From Leucoraja erinacea (lineage: Eukaryota): a stretch of 51,379 bases of DNA. Below the pieces are notes generated by a model. It saw nothing but the letters and a program-made list of their open reading frames with translations. It was not told the origin of the DNA and searched no databases. The first letter of the stretch is position 1, and the number at the start of each line of letters is the position of its first letter. The position numbers and the translations under genes were made by a program. The DNA is taken from assembly GCF_028641065.1 (NCBI RefSeq), contig NW_026575377.1:1-51379 (forward strand), read 5' to 3'. Positions 36,496-48,295 of this stretch are shown here, piece by piece.

Positions 36496-37294
36496 TTAAT
36501 CTGACCGTGTGTCTGGGCATCTTGCAGCCGGGAGATTCAACACTGAATTCTCCAACCTCAAATAACTCGTTCTGTATTTCTGTCGGTGTCAAAATTAACC
36601 ATTTCCAGTTCTCCTCAATTTGTCACAGAGTTGTCATATTTTACTCGTCTAGTCTTGCCTGCCTAGCACATCTCCCAGTTTAACTATCTGCAACAAATTG
36701 TACAGATAATGAAACACATGTCCTTGTCCCTGCCCCTGTAACCCATGTGGACGCGGCCTATCGGAGATGGTACATTAAGTCTGACGAGCGGAAAGGGGAA
36801 ATGAACTTTCCTGTTAATGCGTTTGAGTTTTGATGTCACCATCTTGTTAGTAATCATTGATTTATCTGTGGTACACAAAAAAGCTGGATAAACTCAGCGG
36901 GTGCAGCAGCATCTATGGAGCGAAGGAAATAGGCGACGTTTCGGGCCGAAACCCTTCTTCAGACTTATGATTTATATGTTGTCGTTTCAGTAAGTTGTAG
37001 CAGCTTTCCAATTTTCTGAAATCGAAAATTTCCGATGTTCTCGTTTTTCTAAACCAGGAATACCCATGTGCCAAATGTAACAGCATATTAAACGCCGTTT
37101 TCATATCTGCCACGACCCCCCCCCCCCCCCCCCCCCCCCCCTCGGCAGCGCGGTCCTGGCACCCCTCATCATGTGTGTGAAGTCACTTTATCCGCCCGAT
37201 TCCTTTAAACCTTCTTCAACCAATGCCCTCTAATCTTTCACATTTCAAACCTGGAAATAGTTATTGACTGATTATCTTATCGATGTTTGTCATA

Positions 37295-38375
37295 CATTTA
37301 TAACCATATAACAATTACAGCACGGAAACAGGCCATCTCGGCCCTACAAGTCCAGGCCGAACACTTATTCTCCCCTAATCCCATCTACCTGCACTCAGAC
37401 CATAACCCAACAATCCTTTCCCGACCATATACCTATCTAATTTATTTTAAAATGATAAAATCGAACCTGCCTCCACCACTTCCACTGGAAGCTCATTCCA
37501 CACCGCCATACTCTCTGAGTAAAGAAGTTCCCCTCATGTTTCTCCTAAACTTCTGTCCCTTAATTCTGAAGTCATGTCCTCTTGTTTGAATCTTCCCTAT
37601 TCTCAAAGGGAAAAGCTGGTCCACATCAACTCAGGTAACATTCTAGTAAATCTCCTCTGTACTCTCTCTATTTTGTTGACATCCTTCCTATAAGTGGGCG
37701 ACCAAAATTGTACACCATACTCCAGAATTGGCCTCACCAATGCCGTGTTCAATTTTAACATTACATCCCAACTTCTATACTCAATGCTCTGATTTATAAA
37801 GGCCAGCACACCAAAAGCTTTCTTTACCACCCTATCTACATGAGATTCCACTTTCAGGGAACTATGCACAGTTAATCATAGATCCGTCTGTTCAACTGCA
37901 TTCTTCAATTCCCTACCATTTGCCATGTACGTCCTATTTTGATTTGTCCTGCCAAGATGTAGCACCTCACACTTATCAGCATTAAACTCCATCTGCCATC
38001 TTTCAGCCCACTCTTCCAACTGGCATAAATCTCTCTGTAGACTTTGAAAATCTACTTCAATATCCACAACACCACCTATCTTAGTATCATCTGCATACTT
38101 ACTAATCCAATTAACCACACCTTCATCCAGATCATTGATGTACATGACAAACAACAGTGGACCCAACACCGATCCCTGAGACACCCCACTAGTCACCGGC
38201 CTCCAACCTGACACACAGCAATCCACCATTACTCTCTGGCATCTCCCATTCAGCCACTGTTGAATCGATCTTGCTACTCCACCATTAATCCCCACAAATG
38301 AACCTTCTTAACCAACCTTCCATGAGGAACCTTGTCAAAGGCCTTACTGAAGTCCATATAGACAATATGAAGTCC
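37295..38375 (-). mobile_element. CR1 LINE RT fragment with internal deletion
   Basis: VTSGVSQGSVLGPLLFVMYINDLD..SKYADDTK; LVRPILEYGVQFWSP. Confidence 0.9.
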
Positions 38376-38436
38376 ATTTATACACATCTCTCAGGAAAAA
38401 GTGTGCCAGAAAGATCTCCATGTATCTTCAATAGTG

Positions 38437-39160
38437 ATTAGTCGGCAGGGAGTGAATGTAGATAGCGGGCACATAACCCTTGACTGATGAGGGGTGCAGA
38501 GTGAACGCAGGTGTAACTCATGATTACATCAGGTGCGGAATGTGGAGAGCCCCCCCCCCCTCCCACGGACACCTCCTGGCGGCCTCTAAATTCCGGATGC
38601 TGTTGATGAAAACCATGGATGAGGGAAGAGAGGATGTCACGGGCAGGGATCCAGCTCCTCTCCTCTGGTCCGTTGCCCTCCCAGTCAATCAGGTAGTGGA
38701 TCCCTCTGCCACGCCGCCGGGACTTCAGCAGCCGCTTCACCATGTACACGGGGCCACCGTCAATGATGCGGGCTGGCGGAGGTAGCACAGGAGCGGGACA
38801 CAGGGAGCTGGAAGATTCACACTTAACCCGGGATACATGGAAGGTGGGGTGAATACACATAGACCGGGGCAGTCTAAGGCGGACAGCAGAGCGGTTGATG
38901 ACTCTGAGAACAATGAATTGATCAATAAACCGGGCGCCAACTTACTGGACTCAACGCGGAGGACGAGGTCTCGGGTAGACAGGCAGACCCTCTGCCCAGG
39001 GCGGTAGCGAGGGACAGGGGTCCGGTGATGATCCGCCCGCCGTCTATACCTGAAAGCGGTGCGGAGCAGAACAGAACGGGCCTCCCTCCAGGTCTGACGA
39101 CCGCGGCGCACAAACCGCTGGGCAGAGGGAACGGAGACCTTCTCCTCTTGGTGAGGATGA
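38437..39160 (-). mobile_element. Ty3/Gypsy (chromovirus-type) 3' fragment: integrase C-terminus, chromodomain, PPT, partial LTR
   Basis: [19 protein letters not shown]; [11 protein letters not shown]; [46 protein letters not shown]; G-run PPT at ~38550-38565. Confidence 0.88.
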
Positions 39161-39496
39161 CGTCGGACCAGCTCCAGACGGATCCGCGGTTGGAAGTGGG
39201 ACCGGCCCCGCGAGGATGTCCCGACACCTTCCCCACCCCCTCCCCCGGCGTGTCCCCACTGCCCCCCTCCCCATGGCCGTGATCCCTCAGCCCCCAATCC
39301 GTGACCCCCACTCTCCCAACGTCCATGACCCCCCCCCACCCCCCAATCCCAGTGACCCCACGTACCCCCCCCATCTCAGTGACCCCCCATCAACGAATCC
39401 CAGTGACCCCCAACCCATAACCCCCACCCCACCCCTCAGTCCCCGTGACCCCCACCACAAGCAGCCACGGACAAACACCTGGAGAACACACTGGAA

Positions 39497-39502
39497 TTTA
39501 TT
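39497..39502 (-). terminator. Candidate polyadenylation signal of the MHC class I gene
   Basis: AATAAA on the minus strand followed by GT-rich sequence, ~1.2 kb 3' of the stop. Confidence 0.45.
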
Positions 39503-39962
39503 GAACATTTATGTGGCGACAGTGAAGCAGAACACGCCCCCCCAGCAAAGAATCACAATCCCTGATCCCCCCCCCCCCCCCCCACAGTCCACACGGTGGA
39601 TGTGACGTCACAACGCCAGGACCCCCCCCCCCCCCCCCCCCCCCCTCTGTCCGTCTCCGGGCCTCCGGTCAACCAGCGCTGCAACGCTCCAGCTGTGAAT
39701 CATTCCCACCAGATGTTGATCGGGACTGTTCCCCCCTGAACCCCGTCATTTCAGGAACATTATGGGCAGCAGCAGCTCCCCCCCTCAGTGCAGGCAGTAA
39801 ATGAGCAGCGACCCACAGAGCGAAGCGCAAAGTCCAAATCACCAAATCAGCTGTGGATGCGCCCATTGTTCACCCCACCCCCCCCCCCCCCCAACAGCAG
39901 AAACCCCGCCAACATGTCCCGCTCTCCACCGACGCTCCTGTACCGGCGGCGGCGACGGCACA

Positions 39963-40134
39963 NNNNNNNNNNNNNNNNNNNNNNNNNNNNNNNNNNNNNN
40001 NNNNNNNNNNNNNNNNNNNNNNNNNNNNNNNNNNNNNNNNNNNNNNNNNNNNNNNNNNNNNNNNNNNNNNNNNNNNNNNNNNNNNNNNNNNNNNNNNNNN
40101 NNNNNNNNNNNNNNNNNNNNNNNNNNNNNNNNNN
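39963..40134. other. Assembly gap
   Basis: Run of N. Confidence 1.
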
Positions 40135-40466
40135 CACAAGCCCGTCCGTGTAGCAGTAGTACTGACCCCCGCCCCCTGCCGGCAATACAACCCCCCAGCA
40201 CCACAGGACAGTACAGCACAACAACAGGCCCTTCGGCCCACACTGTCTGTGCCGACCATGCTGCCAACACCAACTATCTGTCTGCGAGTCACCCTCCCCC
40301 CCGCATGTCAACGTGTCCATCCACAAGTCTCTTTAATGTCACTGTTGCGTCTGTGTCGCCCCCCCCCCCCCCATCCCCTCAATTATCAGCAATAAAACCA
40401 CCCCCCACCCGGGATTAAATGCCCCCCCCCCCGGAATACCCACCCCTCCCCCGCTGGATATAATAC

Positions 40467-40497
<31 letters not shown>

Positions 40498-40713
40498 ACC
40501 GCCGGCATAACCCCCCCCCCCCCACCACACCACATACACACACGGTAGCCCCTCCCCACGCAACGGGGCATTAAACCCACAGCTCCCCCGCCGGGAATAC
40601 CCCCCCACCGGGAACCCCCCCCCCACCGGGAATGATACCCACTTCCCCCTCCCCTCCCTCCAGCAGAATAAACGCCACCCCCACAGGGTTTGCGGGGGGT
40701 CCCAGTTCCTACC

Positions 40714-40760
40714 TCAGGCTGGATCAGAGGAGTTTGATGAGTTTTCCCCGCGCTCCGAGG
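40714..40760 (-). CDS. MHC class I cytoplasmic exon 2 with stop
   Basis: CCGCAG|TSERGENSSNSSDPA-TGA G|GTAGG; Ser-rich tail, 3'UTR in a further exon. Confidence 0.85.
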
Positions 40761-43408
40761 CTGCGGAGGGAAGGAGCGACGTTACACGTCAACTGGCGAC
40801 GCCGTGGGTGCAGTGAGGCGCGGACAGACGGACACGCGCACACACACGAGCACGGGGACACAGGGACTCGCACGGACACGTACACGTGGCGGGGACGCGC
40901 ACAGACGGTCACAGCGCAGACACGTGGACAGATACGCAAGGGTCACACTGACGCGCACAAAAATACACGGGCACACACGGACACGAGCAGGAGCACACGG
41001 ACACGCGCACAGACACACACGGACACGCGCAGACACACACGGACACGAGCAGGAGCACACGGACACGCGCACAGACACACATGGGCATGCGCACAGACAC
41101 ACATGGGCATGCGCAGACACAGACACAGTACTTACTCTTGGTGGCATTGTAGCCGCTCTTCCCCGCTGTAAAACACAGAGACAGTTGTCAACCCTCAGCT
41201 CTCAACCCAATCACACAGCGGACACGGGTTGGGCTGTGACCGGGAAGAGTGGTACAAGAGCTGGGCCCGGCTCCCACACTGGCCTCCACCCCCACATCCC
41301 ATCGCCCCCCCCCCACACCGGCCCCCACACCCCCCCCGGCCCCCTCCCCCCCCCCCCCCCACACCGCCCCCCCCCCCCCCACACCGGCCCCCACCCCCAC
41401 ACCGGCCCCCAACCCCACACCGGCTCCCACCCCCCACCCACACCGGCCCCCACCCCACACCGGCCCCCACCCCACACCGGCCCCCACCCCACACCGCCCC
41501 CCCCCCCCCACCCACACCGGCCCCCACCCCCACACCGGCCCCCACCCCACACCGGCTCCCACCCCCCCACCACACCCCCCCCCACACCCACACCGGCTCC
41601 CACACCCACACCGGCCCCCACACCCACACCGGCTCCCACACCCACACCCACCCACACCCACACCACCCCCCCCCCCCCCCCACACCGGCTCCGACGACAC
41701 CCGCACAGAGATGTCCCGGGGGGGGGGTGGGGGATATGGCGGGGTGAGGGAGAGTGAGGGGAGACGGGGGAAAGGTGTGAGGAGACACAGGGTAGGGGAT
41801 GGAGGGGGAGGAGGAGGGGAGGGACGGGTCGGAGGCGATGAGGAGGGAGAGAGAGATGGGGGAGTGAGGTGGGAGTGAGGGTGGTGAGGACGGGAGAAGG
41901 TGAGATGGAGGGGGATGGAGGGGATGGAGGGGAGAGAGGTGGAGGGGATGGGGGAGATGGAGGGGGAGATGGAGTGGAGGGGGAGATGGAGGGGGGGGGA
42001 TGGAGTGGAGGTGGAGATGGAGGGGGAGATGGAGGGGAGGGTGAGATGGAGGGGAGATAGGGGAGGGGAGATGGAGGGGGAGATGGGGGGGGTGAGATGG
42101 AGGGGGAGGAGTGTGGGGCAGATTGAGTTGTACTCGGTGTTTCCGCTGGGTCAGGCCACGGGGTGGAGGTGCCCGGAGGATGATGCAGACACATGCGGCG
42201 GGCGGGAGGTCACGTTGACCCGGGGCAGAGCTGCGGTTTGAGGGAGGAGGATTGGAGAATAATCCCCCCTCCCCCGGGGGCTGCAATGTGTTTGCGTTGC
42301 ACGAGGGGTGGGGGAGCAGAGACTCTCAGCCCGATGGATGTCCGGCCCGAGCTGCCATGCAGAGAACCAACGGCCAAGAGCCGGCAAATGGGTGCAATGT
42401 CCACGGGCCCCTGACGGGCAGACACGGACACGGTGGGCCGAAGGGCCTGATACTGTGTTGTCTGGACCCCCCGTGTGCTCCTACCCCCGCGTGGCAGAAG
42501 GGGGCGGGCGGAGAGAGGTTGAGACGGGGGTCTGGGGAGGGAGCGGGGAGGAGACGGGAGACAGAGGGAACAACGTGACGTCTTGTATCAGAAGAGGCGG
42601 GGGTCGGGGGTCGGGGGGTCGGGGGGGGGGGGGGGGGGGGTTGAGGAGAGGACGCCCCTCCACTGTCTCCCCCCCCCACTCCTACCTTGTTTCTTCTTCC
42701 AGTAGAGGACTCCCCCCACGACAGCGGCCACCACCAGCACCAGGACAACGAGCACCAGGACAATGGTCTTCACGGTGCTGCCCGACTTGCGGACTGTCCC
42801 AGATTCACAAACACAGGCGGTTGAGAGACAGAGACCGGGTCACGCATACCCCTCTTCCCCCCCAATCATCCTTCCCCTAGTCTCACTCACCCCCCTCCCC
42901 TTCTCACCCCCCCTCTCTCTCCCGAGGCGCTTCCCTCCTCATCCACATGCCCTGAGCGCTACCCCACTCCTCCTCACCAACTCTCCCGCCCTCCCCCATC
43001 GCATCCCCCCCCCCCCCCCCTCCAATCTCCCGCTCTCCCCCTTCCCTCACCCAGTCCTCTATTCCCTAACCCTCCCCTTTGCTCTCTCCGATCTCCCTCC
43101 CCCCCCCCCCCCCCCCCCCCCCACCCCCCCCCGCCCGCACTCACCCAGGAAGACCTCGAGGGGCTCGGACAGCCCCGGGTGCTCCACACGACAGGAGAGC
43201 GGGGCGGTGTCCCCGGACTCCACGTGGGCCCAGCGGCGCTGCTGGAAGGTGCCGTCGTGGTTGGGCAGCGTCCCGTGGGAGCGGCTCTCATCCAGGACCA
43301 GGCCGTCCCGCACCAGGTTCACCTCGATGGAGCGCGGGTAGAAGCCCGTGGTGAAACACCACACGCGGCTCCCATCCCCCGACAGGAAGATGCTCACCTC
43401 CGGCTGAA
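40714..43408 (-). CDS. MHC class I heavy chain, 3' part (alpha3, TM, cytoplasmic exons)
   Basis: Four phase-1 GT-AG exons give ..QPEVSIFL..WCFTTGFYPRSIEV..LPNHDGTFQ..SCRVEHPGL / VRKSGSTVKTIVLVLVVLVLVVAAVVGGVLYWKKKQ / AGKSGYNATK / TSERGENSSNSSDPA*. Confidence 0.92.
40820..42115. repeat. Intronic low-complexity arrays (GCACACGGACAC-like, CCCCACACCGG-like, GGAGATGGAG-like)
   Basis: Short degenerate tandem units at ~40820-41125, ~41300-41700 and ~41880-42110. Confidence 0.85.
41136..41165 (-). CDS. MHC class I cytoplasmic exon 1, 30 nt
   Basis: TTTACAG|..AGKSGYNATK..|GTAAGT; contains the conserved tail Tyr. Confidence 0.85.
42686..42793 (-). CDS. MHC class I connecting peptide/TM exon, 108 nt
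   Basis: Hydrophobic helix followed by WKKKQ; AG/GTAGG. Confidence 0.88.
43145..43408 (-). CDS. MHC class I alpha3 (C1-set Ig) exon, 264 nt
   Basis: C..TGFYP, LPNHDGTFQ, CRVEH motifs; CCCCACAG acceptor, GTGAG donor. Confidence 0.93.
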
Positions 43409-43418
43409 CTGTGGGGAG

Positions 43419-45815
43419 AGGCTCAGTGAGGGGGGGGGGACAGTGAGGGGGGAAAGGGGGGGCAGTGAGGGGAGGGGTAGTGAGGGGGGAAAGTGAGGGG
43501 CGGGACAGCGAGGGGGTCAGTGAGGGGGGGGGGGGGACAGTGAGGGGGGACAGTGTGAGGGGGGACAGTGAGGAGGGGGACAGTGAGGGGGGCAGTGAGG
43601 GGGCAGTGAGGGGGGGGCAGTGAGGGGGGGACAGTGAGGGCGGGACAGTGAGGGGGTGTCAGTGAGGGGGGGAAGTGAGGGGGGAACACAGTGAGGGGGG
43701 ACAGTGAGGGGGGGACAGTGAGGGGGGGGCAGTGAGGGGGGGACAGTGACGGGGGGACAGTGAGGTGGGGACAGTGAGGGGGGACAGTGAGGGGGACAGT
43801 GAGGGGGGGACAGTGAGGGGGACAGTGAGGGGGGGGACAGTGAGGGGGGGGACAGTGAGGGGGGGCAGTGAGGGGGGGGAGTGAGGGGGGACAGTGAGGG
43901 GGAAGTGGGGGACAGTGAGGGGGGACAGTGAGGGGGGGGACAGTGAGGGGGGACAGTGAGGGGGGACAGTGAGGGGGGGACAGTGAGGGGGGGACAGTGA
44001 GGGGGGACAGTGAGGGGGGGACAGTGAGGGGGGACAGTGAGGGGGGACAGTGAGGGGGGACAGTGAGGGGGGGGAAGTGAGGGGGGGACAGTGAGGGGGG
44101 GACAGTGAGGGGGGACAGTGAGGGGGGGACAGTGAGGGGGGGCAGTGAGGGGGGACAGTGAGGGGGGCCAGTGAGGGGGGGACAGTGAGGGGGGGGACAG
44201 TGAGGGGGGGCAGTGAGGGGGGGACAGTGAGGGGGGGACAGTGAGGGGGGCAGTGAGGGGGGGGGACAGTGAGGGGGGGACAGTGAGGGGGGGCAGTGAG
44301 GGGGGGGACAGTGAGGGGGGGCAAGTGGGGGGGGGACAGTGAGGGGTGAGTGAGGGGGGGACAGTGAGGGGGGGACAGTGAGGGGGGGGCAGTGAGGGGG
44401 GGGAGTGAGGGGGCAGTGAGGGGGGACAGTGAGGGGGGGTGAGGGGGAGTGAGGGGGGGACAGTGAGGGGGGACAGTGAGGGGGGGACAGTGAGGGGGGG
44501 CAGTGTGAGGGGGGACAGTGAGGGGGGACAGTGAGGGGGGCAGTGAGGGGGGGACAGTGAGGGGGGCAGTGAGGGGGGACAGTGGGGGGGGACAGTGAGG
44601 GGGGAAGTGAGTGAGGGGGAGGGGGGGGACAGTGGGGGACAGTGAGGGGGGACAGTGAGGGGGGGACAGTGAGGGGGGGACAGTGAGGGGGGGACAGTGA
44701 GGGGGGACAGTGAGGGGGGGACAGTGAGGGGGGACAGTGAGGGGGACAGTGAGGGGGGCAGTGAGGGGGGGTGAGTGAGGGGGGGACAGTGAGGGGGGAC
44801 AGTGAGTGGGGGGGGACAGTGAGGGGGGGACAGTGAGGGGGGGCGAGGGGGGGACAGTGAGGGGGGGGTGTGAGGGGGGGACAGTGAGGGGGCAGTGAGG
44901 GGGGGACAGTGGGGGGCAGTGAGTGGGGGACAGTGAGGGGGGGGCAGTGAGGGGGGGAACAGTGAGGGGGGGCAGTGAGGGGGAGTGTGAGGGGGCAGTG
45001 AGGGGGGGGACAGTGAGGGGGGGACAGTGAGGGGGGGGACAGTGAGGGGGACAGTGAGGGGGGGCAGTGAGGGGGGGTGCAGTGAGTGGGGGACAGTGAG
45101 GGGGGACAGTGAGGGGGAACAGTGAGGGGGGGCAGTGAGGGGGGGACAGTGAGGGGGGACAGTGAGGGGGGGCAGTGAGGGGGGGAAGTGAGGGGGGGGA
45201 CAGTGAGGGGGGGACAGTGAGGGGGGGACAGTGAGGGGGGGACAGTGAGGGGGGACAGTGAGGGAGGACAGTGAGGGACAGTGAGGGGGGGGACAGTGAG
45301 GGGGGGACAGTGAGGGGGGGCACAGTGAGGGGGGGACAGTGAGGGGGGGGACAGTGAGGGGGGGGGGAGGGGGGACAGTGAGGGGGGGTCAGGGCGGGAG
45401 GTGGGGGTGAGTGAGGGGGGGGGCAGTGAGGGGCAGTGGGGGGAAGTGAGGGGGGGACAGTGAGGGGGACAGTGAGTGGGGGGACAGTGAGGGGGGGACA
45501 GTGAGGGGGGGGCAGTGAGGGGGGACAGTGAGGGGGGGACAGTGAGGGGGGGACAGTGAGGGGGGACAGTGAGGGGGGGCAGTGAGGGGGGGACAGTGAG
45601 GGGGACAGTGAGGGGGGACAGTGAGGGGGGGACAGTGAGGGGGAGTAGTGAGGGGGGGAGGTGACAGTGCTGGGAGACAGTGAGGGGGGGACAGTGAGGG
45701 GGGACAGTGAGGGGGGACCAGTGAGGGGGGACAGTGAGTGAGGGGGGCAGTGAGTGGGGGAACAGTGAGGGGGGGGACAGTGAGGGGGGGGGCAGTGAGC
45801 AAGGCTCAGTGAGGG
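43419..45815. repeat. G-rich minisatellite (GGGACAGTGAGGGG)n, ~2.4 kb
   Basis: 12-16 bp units with CAGTGA core and variable G runs. Confidence 0.97.
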
Positions 45816-45913
45816 GGAGAGTGGCTGAGTGCTGGGGACATGGGAGGGTGGGACCAGCAAAGGGAGGAGGGGGACAGTGACTAGGGGGACAACGCAAGGC
45901 TCGGTGAAGGGAG

Positions 45914-46500
45914 GCAGTGACTAGTGGGGGAACCGAAAAGCTCGGTGCTGGGACCAGCAGTGACTAGTGGGAACCGCAAGGCTCGGTGCTGGGACCAACA
46001 GTGACTAGTGGGGAACCGCAAGGCTCAGTGCTGGGACCAGCAGTGACTAGTGGGGAACCGCAAAGCTCAGTGCTGGGACCAGCAGTGACTAGTGGGAACC
46101 GCAAGGCTCGGTGCTGGGACCAACAGTGACTAGTGGGAAACCGCAAGGCTCAGTGCTGGGACCAGCAGTGACTAGTGGGGAACCGCAAGGCTCGGTGCTG
46201 GGACCAGCAGTGACTAGTGGGGAACCGCAAGGCTCGGTGCTGGGACCAGCAGTGACTAGTGGGGAACCGCAAGGCTCGGTGCTGGGACCAGCAGTGACTA
46301 GTGGGGAACCGCAAGGCTCGGTGCTGGGACCAGCAGTGACTAGTGGGGAACCGCAAGGCTCGGTGCTGGGACCAGCAGTGACTAGTGGGGAACCGCAAGG
46401 CTCGGTGCTGGGACCAGCAGTGACTAGTGGGGAACCGCAAGGCTCGGTGCTGGGACCAGCAGTGACTAGTGGGGAACCGCAAGGCTCGGTGCTGGGACCC
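45914..46500 (+). repeat. 42-bp tandem repeat (~14 copies) of a CR1 RT motif
   Basis: Unit GCAGTGACTAGTGGGGAACCGCAAGGCTCGGTGCTGGGACCA encodes AVTSGEPQGSVLGP; the last unit runs into QLFIIYINDLD. Confidence 0.95.
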
Positions 46501-46686
46501 CAGCTTTTTATAATATACATCAATGATTTGGATGATGGGATTCAAAGTAACATTAGCAACATTGCAGATGACACAAAGCTGGGTGGCAGTGTGAAATGTG
46601 AGGAGGATGCTATGAGGATGCGAGGTGACTTGGACAGGTTGGGGGAGTGGGCAGAAACATGGCAGATGAAGTTTAGTGGGGATATA

Positions 46687-48295
46687 CAGTGGCTTGCAAA
46701 AGTTTTCGTACCCCTTGAACTTTTCCACATTTTGTCACGTTACAACCACAAATGTAAATGTAATTTAATTGGTATTTTATGTGATAGACCAACACAAAGT
46801 GGTGCATAATTGTGAAGTGGAAGGAAAATGATACATGGTTTTCACATTTTTTTAATAAAATAAAAAAAACTGTGTGGCGTGCAAAAGTATTCAGCCCCCC
46901 TGAGTCAATATTTTGTAGAACCACCTTTCGGTGCAATTACAGCTGCAAGTCTTTTGGGGTATGTCTCTACCAGTTTTGCACATCTAGAGACTGACATTTC
47001 TGCCCATTCTTCTTTGCAAAATAGCTCAAACTCAGTCAGATTGGATGGAGAGCGTCTGTGAACAGCAATTTTCAAGTCTTGCCAGAGATTCTCAATTGGA
47101 TTTAGGTCTGGACTTTGACTGGGCCATTCTAACACATGAATATGCTTTGATCTAAACCATTCCATTGTAGCTCTGGCTGTATGTTTAGGGTCGTTGTCCT
47201 GCTGGAAGGTGAACCTCCGCCCCAGTCTCAAGTCTTTTGCAGACTCTAACAGGTTTTCTTCCAAGATTGCCCTGTATTTGGCTCCATCCATCTTCCCATC
47301 AACTCTGACCAGCTTCCCTGTCCTGCTGAATAAAAGCATCCCCACAGCATGATGCTGCCACCACCATGTTTCACAGTGGGGATGGTGTGTTCAGGGTGAT
47401 GTGCAGTGTTAATTTTCCACCACACATAGCATTTTGCATTTAGGCCAAAAACTTCAATTTTGGTCTCATCTGACCAGAGCACCTTCCTCCACATGTTTGC
47501 TGTGTCCCCCACATGGCTTGTGGCAAACTGCAAACGGGATTTCTTATGGCTTTTTTTCAACAATGGCTTTCTTCTTGCCACTCTTCCATAAAGGCCCGAT
47601 TTGTGGAGTGCACGACTAATAGTTGTCCTGTGGACAGATTCTCCCACCTGAGCTGTGGATCTCTGCAGCTGCTCCAAAGTTACCATGGGCCTCTTGGCTG
47701 ATCCTCTGATCAATGCTCTCCTTGCCCAGCCTGTCAGTTTAGGTGGACGGCCATGTCTTGGTAGGTTTGCAGTTGTGCCATTCTATTTCCATTTTCGGAT
47801 GATGGATTGAATAGTGCTCCGTGAGATGTTCAAAGCTTGGGATATTTTTTTATAACCTAACCCTGCTTTAAACTTCTCCACAACTTTATTCCTGACCTGT
47901 CTGGTGTGTTCCTTGGGCTTCATGATGCGGTTTGTTCACTAATGTTCTCTAATAAACCTCTGAGGCCTTCACAGAACAGCTGTATTTATACTGAGATTAG
48001 ATTACACACAAGTGGACTCTAATCACTAATTAGGTGACTTCTGAAGACAATTGGTTGCACTGGATTTTATTTAGGGGTATCAGAGTAAAGGGGGCTGAAT
48101 ACTTTTGCGCGCCACACTTTTCAGTTTTTGTAAAAAAATAAAAACCATGTATCATTTTCCTTCCACTTCACAATTATGCGCCACTTTGTGTTGGTCTATC
48201 ACATAAAATCCCAATAAAATACATTTACGTTTGTGGTTGTAATGTGACAAAATGTGGAAAAGTTCAAGGGGTATGAATACTTTTGCAAGCCACTG
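46687..48295 (-). mobile_element. Tc1/mariner DD34E transposon, Passport-like, full length (1609 bp)
   Basis: TA target duplication (46685-46686, 48296-48297); ~210-bp IR/DR TIRs starting CAGTGGCTTGCAAAAG. Confidence 0.96.
46905..47923 (-). pseudogene. Tc1 transposase (DD34E) with one stop and one frameshift
   Basis: MKPKEHTRQVRNKVVEKFKAGLGYKKIS..GRPPKL..WSDETK..QQDNDPKH..SPDLNPIENLW..GGSTKY*; TAG at 47783-47785; 1-bp deletion at ~47322. Confidence 0.93.

Noticed and set aside
40782-42286. Overlapping Pro/His/Gly-rich ORFs
   Set aside because: Low-complexity intronic repeats of the class I gene
43419-45815. CACAGTG/CACTGT motifs as V(D)J recombination signals
   Set aside because: No nonamers at 12/23 spacing and no V or J segments
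43423-45897. 824-aa Pro-rich ORF and overlapping ORFs
   Set aside because: Translation of a stop-free minisatellite in an intron
45914-46500. 42-bp repeats as a CRISPR array or a repeat protein
   Set aside because: No spacers; the unit is a CR1 RT coding motif
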